64,000 nucleotides of DNA, taken from assembly GCA_963422735.1 (NCBI GenBank), contig OY730476.1:2656001-2720000 (forward strand), in the 5' to 3' direction. The translations under genes and the position numbers were made by a program. Positions 39,803-48,907 of the stretch are shown piece by piece. How positions within the stretch are numbered: position 1 is the stretch's first letter; every line of letters starts with the position of its first letter. The notes under the pieces were generated by a model. The model searched no databases and was not told the DNA's origin. It saw only the letters and a list, made by a program, of their open reading frames with translations. The DNA comes from Candidatus Latescibacterota bacterium (GTDB taxonomy: Bacteria; Latescibacterota; UBA2968; UBA8231).

Positions 39803-40723
39803 GTGAAGAAAGTTTTATCTGCTTTATTTATTCCTGTGTTTTTACTCGGCCTGAGCACTGAGGTCCAAGCCCACGATCCGCCCGATTTTATCGGTGCGGT
39901 GTGGCAATGGCCCGAGACTCATCTTCCGGTCTTAGATGCCGATCTGAGCGAATGGGATATCATTCCCGAGGAATTTTGGATCACCGAGCAGAGCGTCGTA
40001 CAGAGTACGGCCCGGCCGTGGATCTACACCGGCGATCTAGACGTCTCCTCGATTTCCTTCCGCTGGATCCCCACTTGGAACGAGGAAACCAACCGCATCT
40101 ACTGGGCCTACGAGCGCTTTGATGACAAGTACCAGTTGGGCAACGAGTCAGTCGAAACGACTGTGGACGCCGATCACTCGGGCGGCTCCTTCTGGGATCT
40201 GGAAGGCCAGACCGAGGAAGAGATCGCACGCCAGCGCGGTCGCCATGCCCAAGTCAACCACTATTGGTTCGACAATGGCCAAGCCCGTGAAGGACAGTGG
40301 AACTGGTTTTGGATGACCCAAGCCGACTGGTACGACACGCCGCCGTACTCCGACCATGCGTATTGGTTTAGCGGCACAGCTCCCAATTCCTTTGAGGAGA
40401 TGCGCCAACGGGCTGAATGGTGGAGCGTCTATTGGGACGACTTCAACTGGGAAGACCCCCAAGGAAGCGTCCTCCACGACTTCCAGCAGGACGAGATCAT
40501 CGGCCTTGCAGGGCATGTCTTCGATACCGATGCCGAGTTATCCGACGATTGTAACTGCCATTCGCGCTGGGCCATCAGTCCCAACGTCGAATCCTTCGGC
40601 GACGCCGATTTCTTGGCTGACTGGGTGCTGCTGGGCGTTGACGAGTCCGCCTTTGAAGGTGTCGCGCCTACAGCCGTTGAAGACAACACTTGGGGCCAGA
40701 TCAAGGCTTCGTTCGGCAAATAA
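39803..40723 (+). CDS. Secreted acidic Trp-rich protein, possible CBM9/DOMON-like fold, with C-terminal TAVEDNTWGQIK tail
   Basis: Signal peptide ending VQA; PVLDADLSEW and ETTVDADHSGG resemble CBM9-like motifs; tail shared with the fasciclin protein. Confidence 0.7.
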   Translation: MKKVLSALFIPVFLLGLSTEVQAHDPPDFIGAVWQWPETHLPVLDADLSEWDIIPEEFWITEQSVVQSTARPWIYTGDLDVSSISFRWIPTWNEETNRIYWAYERFDDKYQLGNESVETTVDADHSGGSFWDLEGQTEEEIARQRGRHAQVNHYWFDNGQAREGQWNWFWMTQADWYDTPPYSDHAYWFSGTAPNSFEEMRQRAEWWSVYWDDFNWEDPQGSVLHDFQQDEIIGLAGHVFDTDAELSDDCNCHSRWAISPNVESFGDADFLADWVLLGVDESAFEGVAPTAVEDNTWGQIKASFGK

Positions 40724-40753
40724 GCGGTTCTTGCGCCTTCATAAGCGTTTCAG

Positions 40754-40795
40754 AAAGAAGGGGGGGAATTCTATTCCTCCCCTTCTTTTATTTTC
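40754..40795 (+). terminator. Intrinsic terminator
   Basis: AAAGAAGGGGGGGAAT-TCT-ATTCCTCCCCTTCTTT hairpin followed by a T-rich tract. Confidence 0.8.
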
Positions 40796-40829
40796 TATTT
40801 GAATCATCTACCGGTGTAGGAGGTAGATA

Positions 40830-42752
40830 ATGAGAGGGAATTTGCTGCGACTTTTGTCGGCTGCTCTAGTAGGAAGCTTCTGTTATGGGCTAGCTGAGGT
40901 CGAGGCGCTCACCGTGTATCGCATTGGCGGCGAGGAGTTGCCGCCGCCGGAAGTGGGAGGGAACTTTGAATTTGTCCAGTTATCTTGGGCGGATGTGGAC
41001 GAAAAACGGCTCGGTAGGATAGACCTCTTGGAGGTCGCGACCCATTCTATCGAGCCTCAACGCCTAGATCCCTCCGTCAATCTGACGCCTCTGATTCGGG
41101 AGCGAGGCGGCGGCATACGCTCGAATAATTCCTACGGTTGGCAATCGGAAGCCCTCTTGGACAACTTGATGGACGGCGATCTGACCACTGCTTACTTGGG
41201 AAGCGGTCGTAGCCAGGCGGCCGACTGCCCGCCGTGCAAGAAGGGCATCTGGTTTGAGTTGAACGGACTGTTTCCCATACGACGCATCAAAATTTCTACT
41301 ACGGAGCGCTTTGCCTACCAGCGCTTCATTGAGGTGTTCGAGATAGGCACTAACGATGGCGATTCGCGCAAAAAGGGAACCCGAGAAGGGCAATACCATT
41401 GGCGCGGGGCTTTTCTCGATTATGATATCGCGTTCAAAGTCGCAAATAATTTGGAACCCTTCCTCGATTTAGAAATGCCAGACCGACCCATCGCCGAGAT
41501 TCTTTTTAAGGCACCAGTCGGCAATTGGGAAATCGCCGAATTTGAGGTCTTCGGGGATGGCTTTGCTTCGCAGGCCAGCTATGTATCCAATGTCATTGAT
41601 TTGGGTATGACTTCTAGTCTAGGCGAGTTGACTTGGTCGGGCAGCCGAGATCAGGGAGCAACGGTCAATCTGAGTATGCGCAGCGGCGACGACACGGATC
41701 CCAATTTCTACTGGCGCTTCACGTTCAGAGGCGATGAGCGCTCCCGCTTTGCAACCACTGGCGAACCGCTCACCCTAGACCGCTATAAAAGACTGGAGGA
41801 AGGCGAGAAAGCCGGGATCAGTCCGGACAACGAAAGTTGGGAGTTCTGGACGCCGCCGCTCGACTTCGATAGGGGGCATTCCGAGTTAGTGGGTTTGCGG
41901 CCTCGGCGCTACTTGCAGTTCAAGGCGGACTTCTTCTCGGAGCGAGCCTTTGCGGCCGGACGCATGGAGCACTTGCAGTTTAGCGTCTCCCAACCGCCGG
42001 TGGCTAGCCAAGTGCTGGCCGAGATCGTGCCGCACCAAGTCGAGGTGGGTGAGATCGTCCAATTCATCTACAAAATCCTGCCGAACTTAGAGCAGAATGA
42101 TCTCGGTTTCGACAGCATTGAGATCGACACCCCCATAGAAGTCACGAGCATTGACGCAGTGTACATCGGCGGCGAAGAACAGAATTTTACCATCGCGGAA
42201 AAGGACGCGAAGAGCTTTGTGGTACAATTGCCGCGGATTGATCTCAACCGCACGGGCGAGTTGGTCGAGGTCGAATTTCAGGCCGAGGTATTTCAGGTGG
42301 GCACGGTGTTTTCGGGCCGGGTCTTCGACAGCCAGCGCCCCCACGAAGTGCGCCAGCGCATCACTGAGGGGAACGCCGATGATCTGGCCGAGAGCAATAC
42401 CCTGAGCGTGGGGTTAGGTACGGTGGCCAACCCGGCGGTCAAGGCATTGTGGCTTTCGCCGCGGCTTTTTACCCCCAACGAGGATGGCGTCAACGATGTG
42501 CTACAGATTGAATACGATCTGGTGAACCTCAGCGGTGCTGTGCCCGTGACGATTGATCTCTACGATCTGGCGGGGGTGAAGCGATGCGAGGTGGCCCATA
42601 GTACAGCAGCTAGTGGCCGTTTCTCGGCCACATGGGAAGGCGTGGACGATGTGGGCAACCTGCTACCCCCCGGACTCTATCTCTTGCGTCTCGAAGTGGA
42701 CTCGGACAAGGCCAAGGATGTCGAAGTTGCGATCGTCCGGCTGATTTATTAA
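40830..42752 (+). CDS. Secreted discoidin-like protein with FTPNEDGVND/FlgD-Ig C-terminal domain (paralogue A3)
   Basis: AGGAGG RBS, signal peptide, MDGDLTT, WEIAEFEVFGDGF, MRSGDD, PRRYLQF, GFDSIEIDTP, LPPGLY. Confidence 0.8.
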   Translation: MRGNLLRLLSAALVGSFCYGLAEVEALTVYRIGGEELPPPEVGGNFEFVQLSWADVDEKRLGRIDLLEVATHSIEPQRLDPSVNLTPLIRERGGGIRSNNSYGWQSEALLDNLMDGDLTTAYLGSGRSQAADCPPCKKGIWFELNGLFPIRRIKISTTERFAYQRFIEVFEIGTNDGDSRKKGTREGQYHWRGAFLDYDIAFKVANNLEPFLDLEMPDRPIAEILFKAPVGNWEIAEFEVFGDGFASQASYVSNVIDLGMTSSLGELTWSGSRDQGATVNLSMRSGDDTDPNFYWRFTFRGDERSRFATTGEPLTLDRYKRLEEGEKAGISPDNESWEFWTPPLDFDRGHSELVGLRPRRYLQFKADFFSERAFAAGRMEHLQFSVSQPPVASQVLAEIVPHQVEVGEIVQFIYKILPNLEQNDLGFDSIEIDTPIEVTSIDAVYIGGEEQNFTIAEKDAKSFVVQLPRIDLNRTGELVEVEFQAEVFQVGTVFSGRVFDSQRPHEVRQRITEGNADDLAESNTLSVGLGTVANPAVKALWLSPRLFTPNEDGVNDVLQIEYDLVNLSGAVPVTIDLYDLAGVKRCEVAHSTAASGRFSATWEGVDDVGNLLPPGLYLLRLEVDSDKAKDVEVAIVRLIY

Positions 42753-42777
42753 CCCTCCAAACTATGGTTTTAGCTTT

Positions 42778-44454
42778 ATGAAAAATGGAATACTGCGCTC
42801 TTATCTGGGCGTTTGTATCCTAGGGCTCTCGTTCCCCTGTGCAGCCCAAGACGATGTAGTGCTTGCCCAGATAGAAGACCACCCCATCGCCGTCAGCGAG
42901 TTCAGAGCCTTTGCCGCGAACATTCCCAAAGCCTATCAGATGGGTAAGACCGGTATCGAAGCCAACCGGATTCTGCTCAACGGACTGATCGACAAAAAAC
43001 TATTGCTCGCCGAAGCGGAACGAGCTGGCATTGGCGACGAATTGGAGTTTAAGCGCAAGGTTGAGCAGTTCGCCCAAGACCAGACCGTAAGGCTCTACAA
43101 AAGTAGCGAGATTGATCAGCAGGTTTCCATTGCCAAAGAGGAGTTGATGCAGCACTACCGGGATTCGCACCGGGATCGAGCGTTGCGCTATGCGGGTATT
43201 TTGGTAGCGACCCGGGACGAGGCCCTTGAACTGCTCGACGAACTGGAGGCTGGTGCTGATTTCCGCCAACTGGCCAGAGAGCACTCGCTCTACGAGGCGA
43301 CGCGGGATCAAGGCGGGGATGTGGAAAAGTACTATGCGATTGACGATACGGCTCCACCGCTCCGGAGTATCTTTTCCATGCAGGTCGGCGAGATCTCCGA
43401 GCCACTGCCGTGGGGCGGCGACCCGCAGCGCTATGTGATCGTCAAGGTTTTAGACGACGCTCCGATCGCCTTTCGGGAGGTGGCCCAGTTCGTCAGGGAA
43501 GAGGTCTTCGCCCAAAAGCGCCTACAGCGTGCCCTAGTTCTGCGCGATTCGCTCAGCGGTCAGTACGCGCCGCAGATTCACTACGACAAGATAGACCATG
43601 TACTGATGCGTCTAGCGCTGTCGCCTGAAGAACGGGTAGCGTTGCCCGAGGAGGGCGAAGAGGTATTGTGCCACTACAAAGGCGGAGTGCTCACCATTGA
43701 CGATCTCGTCCTGAGCGCACCGGAGAAAGAAGAGGGTTATTCTCGCGATTACGAGCGAGACTGGATCGTCGATTATCTACAGGATGCGGCCATCCCCAAT
43801 CGGATATTTCTGGAAGAGGCCCGCGGCAAGGGACTGGACAAACATCAGGTGATCCTCGCGGCGGTGGCTAATAAGCGCAGCGATATGCTGGTGAGCGCGT
43901 TGAGAAAGCGAGAGGTTGAGGAGCGGCTGCCGCCGATCACCGATGCAGAGGCGCGCGCCTTTTACGATCAAAATCCCGAGAAGTTTCAAGGCTTTGAGAA
44001 CATTGTCGCGACCGAGATTCTGGTGGCCTTTAAGGAGCAGGCCCACAGTCTAAAAGAGGAGTTGGTGGGGGGTGCCGACGCGGTGCAATTGGCTAGGGAC
44101 TATACGATTCGCAAAGAGCGGGCGCACCACGAGGGGCGGTTGGTCTTGAGTCCGGTAGGGCTGTACCAAGATATCTACAAAGTAGCCAAAAATCTGCAGG
44201 TGGGGGATGTGGGGGGACCGGTAAAGGTGAGAGGGGGGTATTCGGTTTTCAAGGTGGAGGAGAAACAGCCCCCCCCCAAGAAGCCCTACCACATTTTTTC
44301 GCAGCGGCGGGCACGAGCTTATGTAAAAATTGCACGTTCGCAAAAGGCGTACGTGCAGTATATGCGCGGATTGCACAAGAAGTACTCGGTCGAGATTTTC
44401 GAGGATAACTTGATAAAAGTGCAGGAAGAGGAGGAAGCCGTGAAGGGGGGATGA
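42778..44454 (+). CDS. Exported peptidyl-prolyl isomerase/chaperone with two parvulin (PpiC) domains
   Basis: GADFRQLAREHS..QGGD..VGEISEP and GADAVQLARDYT..VGDVGGPV..GYSVFKV repeats. Confidence 0.85.
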   Translation: MKNGILRSYLGVCILGLSFPCAAQDDVVLAQIEDHPIAVSEFRAFAANIPKAYQMGKTGIEANRILLNGLIDKKLLLAEAERAGIGDELEFKRKVEQFAQDQTVRLYKSSEIDQQVSIAKEELMQHYRDSHRDRALRYAGILVATRDEALELLDELEAGADFRQLAREHSLYEATRDQGGDVEKYYAIDDTAPPLRSIFSMQVGEISEPLPWGGDPQRYVIVKVLDDAPIAFREVAQFVREEVFAQKRLQRALVLRDSLSGQYAPQIHYDKIDHVLMRLALSPEERVALPEEGEEVLCHYKGGVLTIDDLVLSAPEKEEGYSRDYERDWIVDYLQDAAIPNRIFLEEARGKGLDKHQVILAAVANKRSDMLVSALRKREVEERLPPITDAEARAFYDQNPEKFQGFENIVATEILVAFKEQAHSLKEELVGGADAVQLARDYTIRKERAHHEGRLVLSPVGLYQDIYKVAKNLQVGDVGGPVKVRGGYSVFKVEEKQPPPKKPYHIFSQRRARAYVKIARSQKAYVQYMRGLHKKYSVEIFEDNLIKVQEEEEAVKGG

Positions 44455-45485
44455 GTATGGCTAGTTGGAGATTGGGTTTTGCAGTATCTGTCTTGGGTAT
44501 CGTCCTTTGGGTCGGCTGTCAGGGGGAGGCTGAAGAGCCGCTAGCTGTTGGTGGGATTGGGGCGATAACTATTGGGTCTCAGGAAGAGTTAGATGCTTGG
44601 GCAGGGGCACAGAAGGGAGCCTTTGTGGTGCAGGGGGATTTTTTATTTGAGAATGCGTATTTGAGTAGTATGGAGCCGCTGCACAATCTGGCCGGAGTAG
44701 AGGGAGATTTAGTTATTCGGAATAATGGAGCATTGACGGACCTGAAGGGGCTGCACAATCTCGGCTATGTAGAGGGGAATTTCCATATTCTCGCCAATGG
44801 ATTGATTGAACTCGAAGGGCTAGAACGGCTAGAGCGCGTGGGGGAAAATTTTGAGATTAGTTGCAATTTTTCGCTGCGGGACTTGGATGGGCTTAAAGCG
44901 CTCAGGCGCGTCGGTGGCCACCTCTTTGTCGATGCCACGACCGAGCTGATGCACATAGATGGTCTGAGCGGGATGACCCACGTGGGAGGTAGCATCAAAA
45001 TCAGGGATAATAAGGCCCTGCGCGATCTAAAAGGGTTGGGCAGCCTCTCAGTGGTGGAAGAGGATTTGCTGCTCATATTCAATGGTGCGCTCAAAGACCT
45101 ACGGGGTTTGAATGGGATTGCGACTATTAGGGGCGGGTTGACCATTGATGGACATCCCGTACTCAAGAATTTGGAGGGATTGGACGCTCTGGCAGAGGTC
45201 GGAGGCACTTTGAGCATAAACAGCAACCAAGCCCTGCAAAACCTGAATGGACTGGACGATCTCAGGCAGGTGGGTAAAAGTCTCTACATTGGCGGCAATG
45301 CCCTCCTGAGCAACTTAGATGGGCTGGCCAAGTTGGGTCAGGTCGGCACCGGAGAGCGGGACTTGATGATTGTCGAATTGAACCCCTTGTTGCCTATGAG
45401 TACTGGTTATGAACTAGCCGAACGCCTCGGATTGGCCGAGCATCAGTTCATCGTCTTCGACAATTTGTCGGCCGGTTCGCCGTAA
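44451..45485 (+). CDS. Receptor L-domain/leucine-rich repeat lipoprotein
   Basis: WVGC lipobox-like motif; about 10 repeats of LxxLxGLxxLxxVGGxLxIxxN. Confidence 0.85.
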   Translation: MSMASWRLGFAVSVLGIVLWVGCQGEAEEPLAVGGIGAITIGSQEELDAWAGAQKGAFVVQGDFLFENAYLSSMEPLHNLAGVEGDLVIRNNGALTDLKGLHNLGYVEGNFHILANGLIELEGLERLERVGENFEISCNFSLRDLDGLKALRRVGGHLFVDATTELMHIDGLSGMTHVGGSIKIRDNKALRDLKGLGSLSVVEEDLLLIFNGALKDLRGLNGIATIRGGLTIDGHPVLKNLEGLDALAEVGGTLSINSNQALQNLNGLDDLRQVGKSLYIGGNALLSNLDGLAKLGQVGTGERDLMIVELNPLLPMSTGYELAERLGLAEHQFIVFDNLSAGSP

Positions 45486-45515
45486 AACATCTCTAAATCC
45501 CGCTGCACTCCATAC

Positions 45516-47219
45516 ATGGTCGTCCTCTTCCGCCGATTCCATCCCGGCAGATCGGTCCTGTGCTCTCTACTCGCTATCTCAGCCTGCTACTTAGCCGCTC
45601 TCTGCGTCCTCGAAAAACGCGGCTTTTGGATTACCGATAACGCCAACAAATTCCTCCAAGTCCAAGCCGTAGCCAACAGCCGCTACACAGACTTTTCCAT
45701 CCCTTGGCCGGGGCAGATCGTCGACCCTGACTTCATTTACAATCCCCTGCCTTACTATTTCACGCGCGTCGAGTCCGGCAAACTCTATTCAGTCTTCTCA
45801 CCGGTCTTTGCCCTTATCTCCGCCCTTTTCTTTGTCTATTTAGGCCATTGGGGTCTTTATCTGTTGCCGGCCCTCTCCTCGCTGATCATGCTGGCTGGCT
45901 TGGCCCAAGTGGCGCGTTTGATCTCCCAGCGAATTGTGGTCGGGCATACCGCCGTCCTCACGGCCGGACTCTGTACGCCGGTATTCTTCTACAGTCTCGT
46001 CTTCTGGGAACACACCCCGGCGATTTGCTTGGGAATTTGGAGTGTGCGCTATCTGTTGCAGTTTCTCGCAGACTCCGCCCCCAAGCACCTATTCTTGGGC
46101 ATGGCCGCCGCCGGACTATCGGTCTATTTCAGAGACGAGTTCTATTTGCTGTGCCTAGTGCTGGCCCTATGCACCGCCTTGTATGTCAGCGCAGGCAGAT
46201 TAAAAATTCTCGTCTCGTCAGCCCTAATCCTCTTGGTTTCCCTCCTGCCGCTCTGGCTCTTCCAATGGCTGACCATCGGCCATCCCTTCGGGTACCATTT
46301 GAATACGCATCTATCCACTGCCGCCGACTGGGTCCACCATCTCGAGGCGCGGCCGCGGGTATTCTACAATCTCTTCATAGCTTCCAACCCGATCCCCGCC
46401 CTATCCCTCGTCCTCACCCTTCCGTTCGTCCTCGCCTTTGTCCTCAGCCCGCGCTTCGCGTCCCCAGCTTTGCAAAGGGCCGTGCCCGCGTACAGTGCTG
46501 TGGCCCTGATGAACGCCGGTTTATCCCTCGGGGGCTATTTCTTTTCCGCGAGCCCCATCAACTACATGCTCAAATCGTCCAATGCTCTCTTTGCCTCGGC
46601 ACCCTTTGTAGCCCTAGCCTTCTTGCGTTCGGCCGATGCCGACGCGCCTATAAGACGCTGGATTTGGCTGGTCGCCCTGAGCTTTGCCGCCCTCTACGCC
46701 TTGACCGCACCCAAGGTGGGTTCCATGGGCATCCACTGGGGCAACCGCTACTTTCTAATCCTCTACCCGCTCTTCGCGGTCTTAGCGGCCGGAAACTTGA
46801 CTGACTGGCTAGACCGCCAACGGTCCTACTTCAGCGTAGGCGTCCTCGCTGTGGGTGCCGTTATAGCGCTGAGCTTTGCCGCTCAAGTGTATGGAATTTC
46901 GATTCTCGCGGAGAAGAAATCCTTCTCCTATCGCCTCAATAGCGAGATGCGCCAGCGCAGCGAAGAGGTCGTCATCACCAACCAGCGCTGGGTTCCCCAC
47001 GCCCTCTGCGGCGAATTTTACCAACGGCCCTTCTTCTACGTCGCCACCCCCAGACACTACGAGCACCTAGTGCAACGCCTTTCAGACCGGGGGTACAAAT
47101 CCTATATTTTTCTCACCCAAGACCGCGGCGGCCCTCTACAACCCACCGTGGAAGTGGACGATGGGTACTTGAACTACTTCGATCTCCAGTTTTTTTCTCA
47201 AAAAATTCTCGCTCCCTAG
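45516..47219 (+). CDS. Polytopic membrane protein, putative GT-C glycosyltransferase (LA_3751-like)
   Basis: TM helix followed by WITDNANK acidic loop, FYSLVFWEH, YFRDE, HWGNRY; many TM segments. Confidence 0.65.
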   Translation: MVVLFRRFHPGRSVLCSLLAISACYLAALCVLEKRGFWITDNANKFLQVQAVANSRYTDFSIPWPGQIVDPDFIYNPLPYYFTRVESGKLYSVFSPVFALISALFFVYLGHWGLYLLPALSSLIMLAGLAQVARLISQRIVVGHTAVLTAGLCTPVFFYSLVFWEHTPAICLGIWSVRYLLQFLADSAPKHLFLGMAAAGLSVYFRDEFYLLCLVLALCTALYVSAGRLKILVSSALILLVSLLPLWLFQWLTIGHPFGYHLNTHLSTAADWVHHLEARPRVFYNLFIASNPIPALSLVLTLPFVLAFVLSPRFASPALQRAVPAYSAVALMNAGLSLGGYFFSASPINYMLKSSNALFASAPFVALAFLRSADADAPIRRWIWLVALSFAALYALTAPKVGSMGIHWGNRYFLILYPLFAVLAAGNLTDWLDRQRSYFSVGVLAVGAVIALSFAAQVYGISILAEKKSFSYRLNSEMRQRSEEVVITNQRWVPHALCGEFYQRPFFYVATPRHYEHLVQRLSDRGYKSYIFLTQDRGGPLQPTVEVDDGYLNYFDLQFFSQKILAP

Positions 47220-47265
47220 CTATGATGGTCGCACGACCTTCGTCTTTGATCTCGCAGCAAAAGCG

Positions 47266-48903
47266 ATGCACGCGCTAGTAAGCGGGGTCCTCATCCTCCT
47301 GTGTACGGCTCTTCTATTAGCCCAACCACTGCCTACTCAGTTCACCGATCAAGCCGCCGCACTCGGCATCACTGCACGGAATGTCTCGGGCAGCACCCAA
47401 GAATACATCGTTGAAACCGCTGTGGGAGGCACGGCCTTTTTCGACTACGACAGCGATGGCGATGTTGATCTATACGTCGCCAACGGCTCCCGCTTTGAAG
47501 GATTTCCTCTAGGCCAAGAGCCGACTAACCACCTCTACCGCAACCACGAGGATCGCTTTTTCGACATCACTACCGCCGCTGGGGTGGGCGATACGAGTTG
47601 GTCCATGGGTTGTGCCGCTGCGGACTACGACAATGATGGCGATCTGGACCTGTATGTGACCAACTTCGGCCGCAATACCTTCTACCAGAATCAGGGCGAT
47701 GGCACGTTTGAAGATGTTACTGAAAAAGCTGGCGTCGGGGACCAAAGATGGGGCGTCGGCTGCGCTTTCGGCGATGCTGATCTAGACGGCTACGTCGATC
47801 TATACGTGGCCAATTATATCGACTTTTCGCGGGACTATACTTCTACTGTCCCCTGCGTGTGGAAGACCGTCGATATTTTTTGCGGTCCGCGCGGCTTGCT
47901 TCCCGCCGCCGATGTATTCTACCACAACAGCGGCGACGGCACCTTGGCCGACCGCAGCGAGGAAGCCGGCATTGTCGGCGCAAAGTACTATGGGTACGGA
48001 GTCGTCTTCGGCGATTTCGACCGCGATGGCTGGCCCGATATTTTCGTTGCCAACGACTCGGCACCGAACAATTTGTACCAAAACCAAGGCGATGGCACCT
48101 TTGTCGATGAGGGCCTCAGCGCGGGCGTGGCTTATAGCGGCGACGGCACCGAACAAGGATGTATGGGTGCGGCGGTCGGCGATTACGACAACGATGGCTA
48201 CTTCGATATCTTTGTCACCAACTTTGAAGGCGAGTACAATACTCTCTACAAAAATCAGCGCGGTGGATTTTTCCTCGACGTATCCTTCGTATCTCACATT
48301 GCGGCGCGAGGCATTCCCGAGGTGGGGTGGGGCGCAGGGTTTTTCGACTTTGACAACGATGGCGACCAAGACCTTTTCGCGGCCAATGGCCACACCTATC
48401 CCCAAGCTGACTTGCCCCATACCAATAGCAGCTATGCCGAGCCTAATTTTCTCTACCAAAACTTAGGCGACGGCACCTTTGCCGAGGTTTCTGCACGCGC
48501 CGGCTCGGGCTTTACCATAGTCGAGGTGAGCCGAGGTGCGAGCTTTGCCGACTACGACCGCGACGGCGATATCGACCTCTTTGTCTTAAATCTCAACAGC
48601 ACTCCCAACCTCCTACGCAACGATGGCGGCAACGAAGGCAATTACTTGCAGATCGCCACCGTAGGCACCCGCAGCAACCGAGACGGAATCGGCACCCGAA
48701 TCGAGATAAGTGCCCAAGGCAAGCGCCAGACCGCCGAGGTGCGCAGTGGCACTGGCTTCCTCTCCCACAGCGATCTCAAGGTACACTTTGGTTTGGGTAC
48801 CGCCTCCATGGTTGAAAGCGTCGTCCTCTACTGGCCCAGTGGCACGGTCCAGATTCTGCGCGATGTGGCGGCCAATCAGGTACTAACCGTGCGCGAACCT
48901 TAA
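47266..48903 (+). CDS. CRTAC1 family protein (FG-GAP repeats plus ASPIC/UnbV domain)
   Basis: Repeated DYDNDGDxDL; SNRDGIG..GFLSHSD..HFGLG..WPSG. Confidence 0.92.
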   Translation: MHALVSGVLILLCTALLLAQPLPTQFTDQAAALGITARNVSGSTQEYIVETAVGGTAFFDYDSDGDVDLYVANGSRFEGFPLGQEPTNHLYRNHEDRFFDITTAAGVGDTSWSMGCAAADYDNDGDLDLYVTNFGRNTFYQNQGDGTFEDVTEKAGVGDQRWGVGCAFGDADLDGYVDLYVANYIDFSRDYTSTVPCVWKTVDIFCGPRGLLPAADVFYHNSGDGTLADRSEEAGIVGAKYYGYGVVFGDFDRDGWPDIFVANDSAPNNLYQNQGDGTFVDEGLSAGVAYSGDGTEQGCMGAAVGDYDNDGYFDIFVTNFEGEYNTLYKNQRGGFFLDVSFVSHIAARGIPEVGWGAGFFDFDNDGDQDLFAANGHTYPQADLPHTNSSYAEPNFLYQNLGDGTFAEVSARAGSGFTIVEVSRGASFADYDRDGDIDLFVLNLNSTPNLLRNDGGNEGNYLQIATVGTRSNRDGIGTRIEISAQGKRQTAEVRSGTGFLSHSDLKVHFGLGTASMVESVVLYWPSGTVQILRDVAANQVLTVREP

Positions 48904-48907
48904 AAGC

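Noticed and set aside
44269-44277. C9 homopolymer in the PPIase gene as a phase-variation switch
   Set aside because: It encodes PPP near the C-terminus, is in frame, and there is no evidence of length variation.
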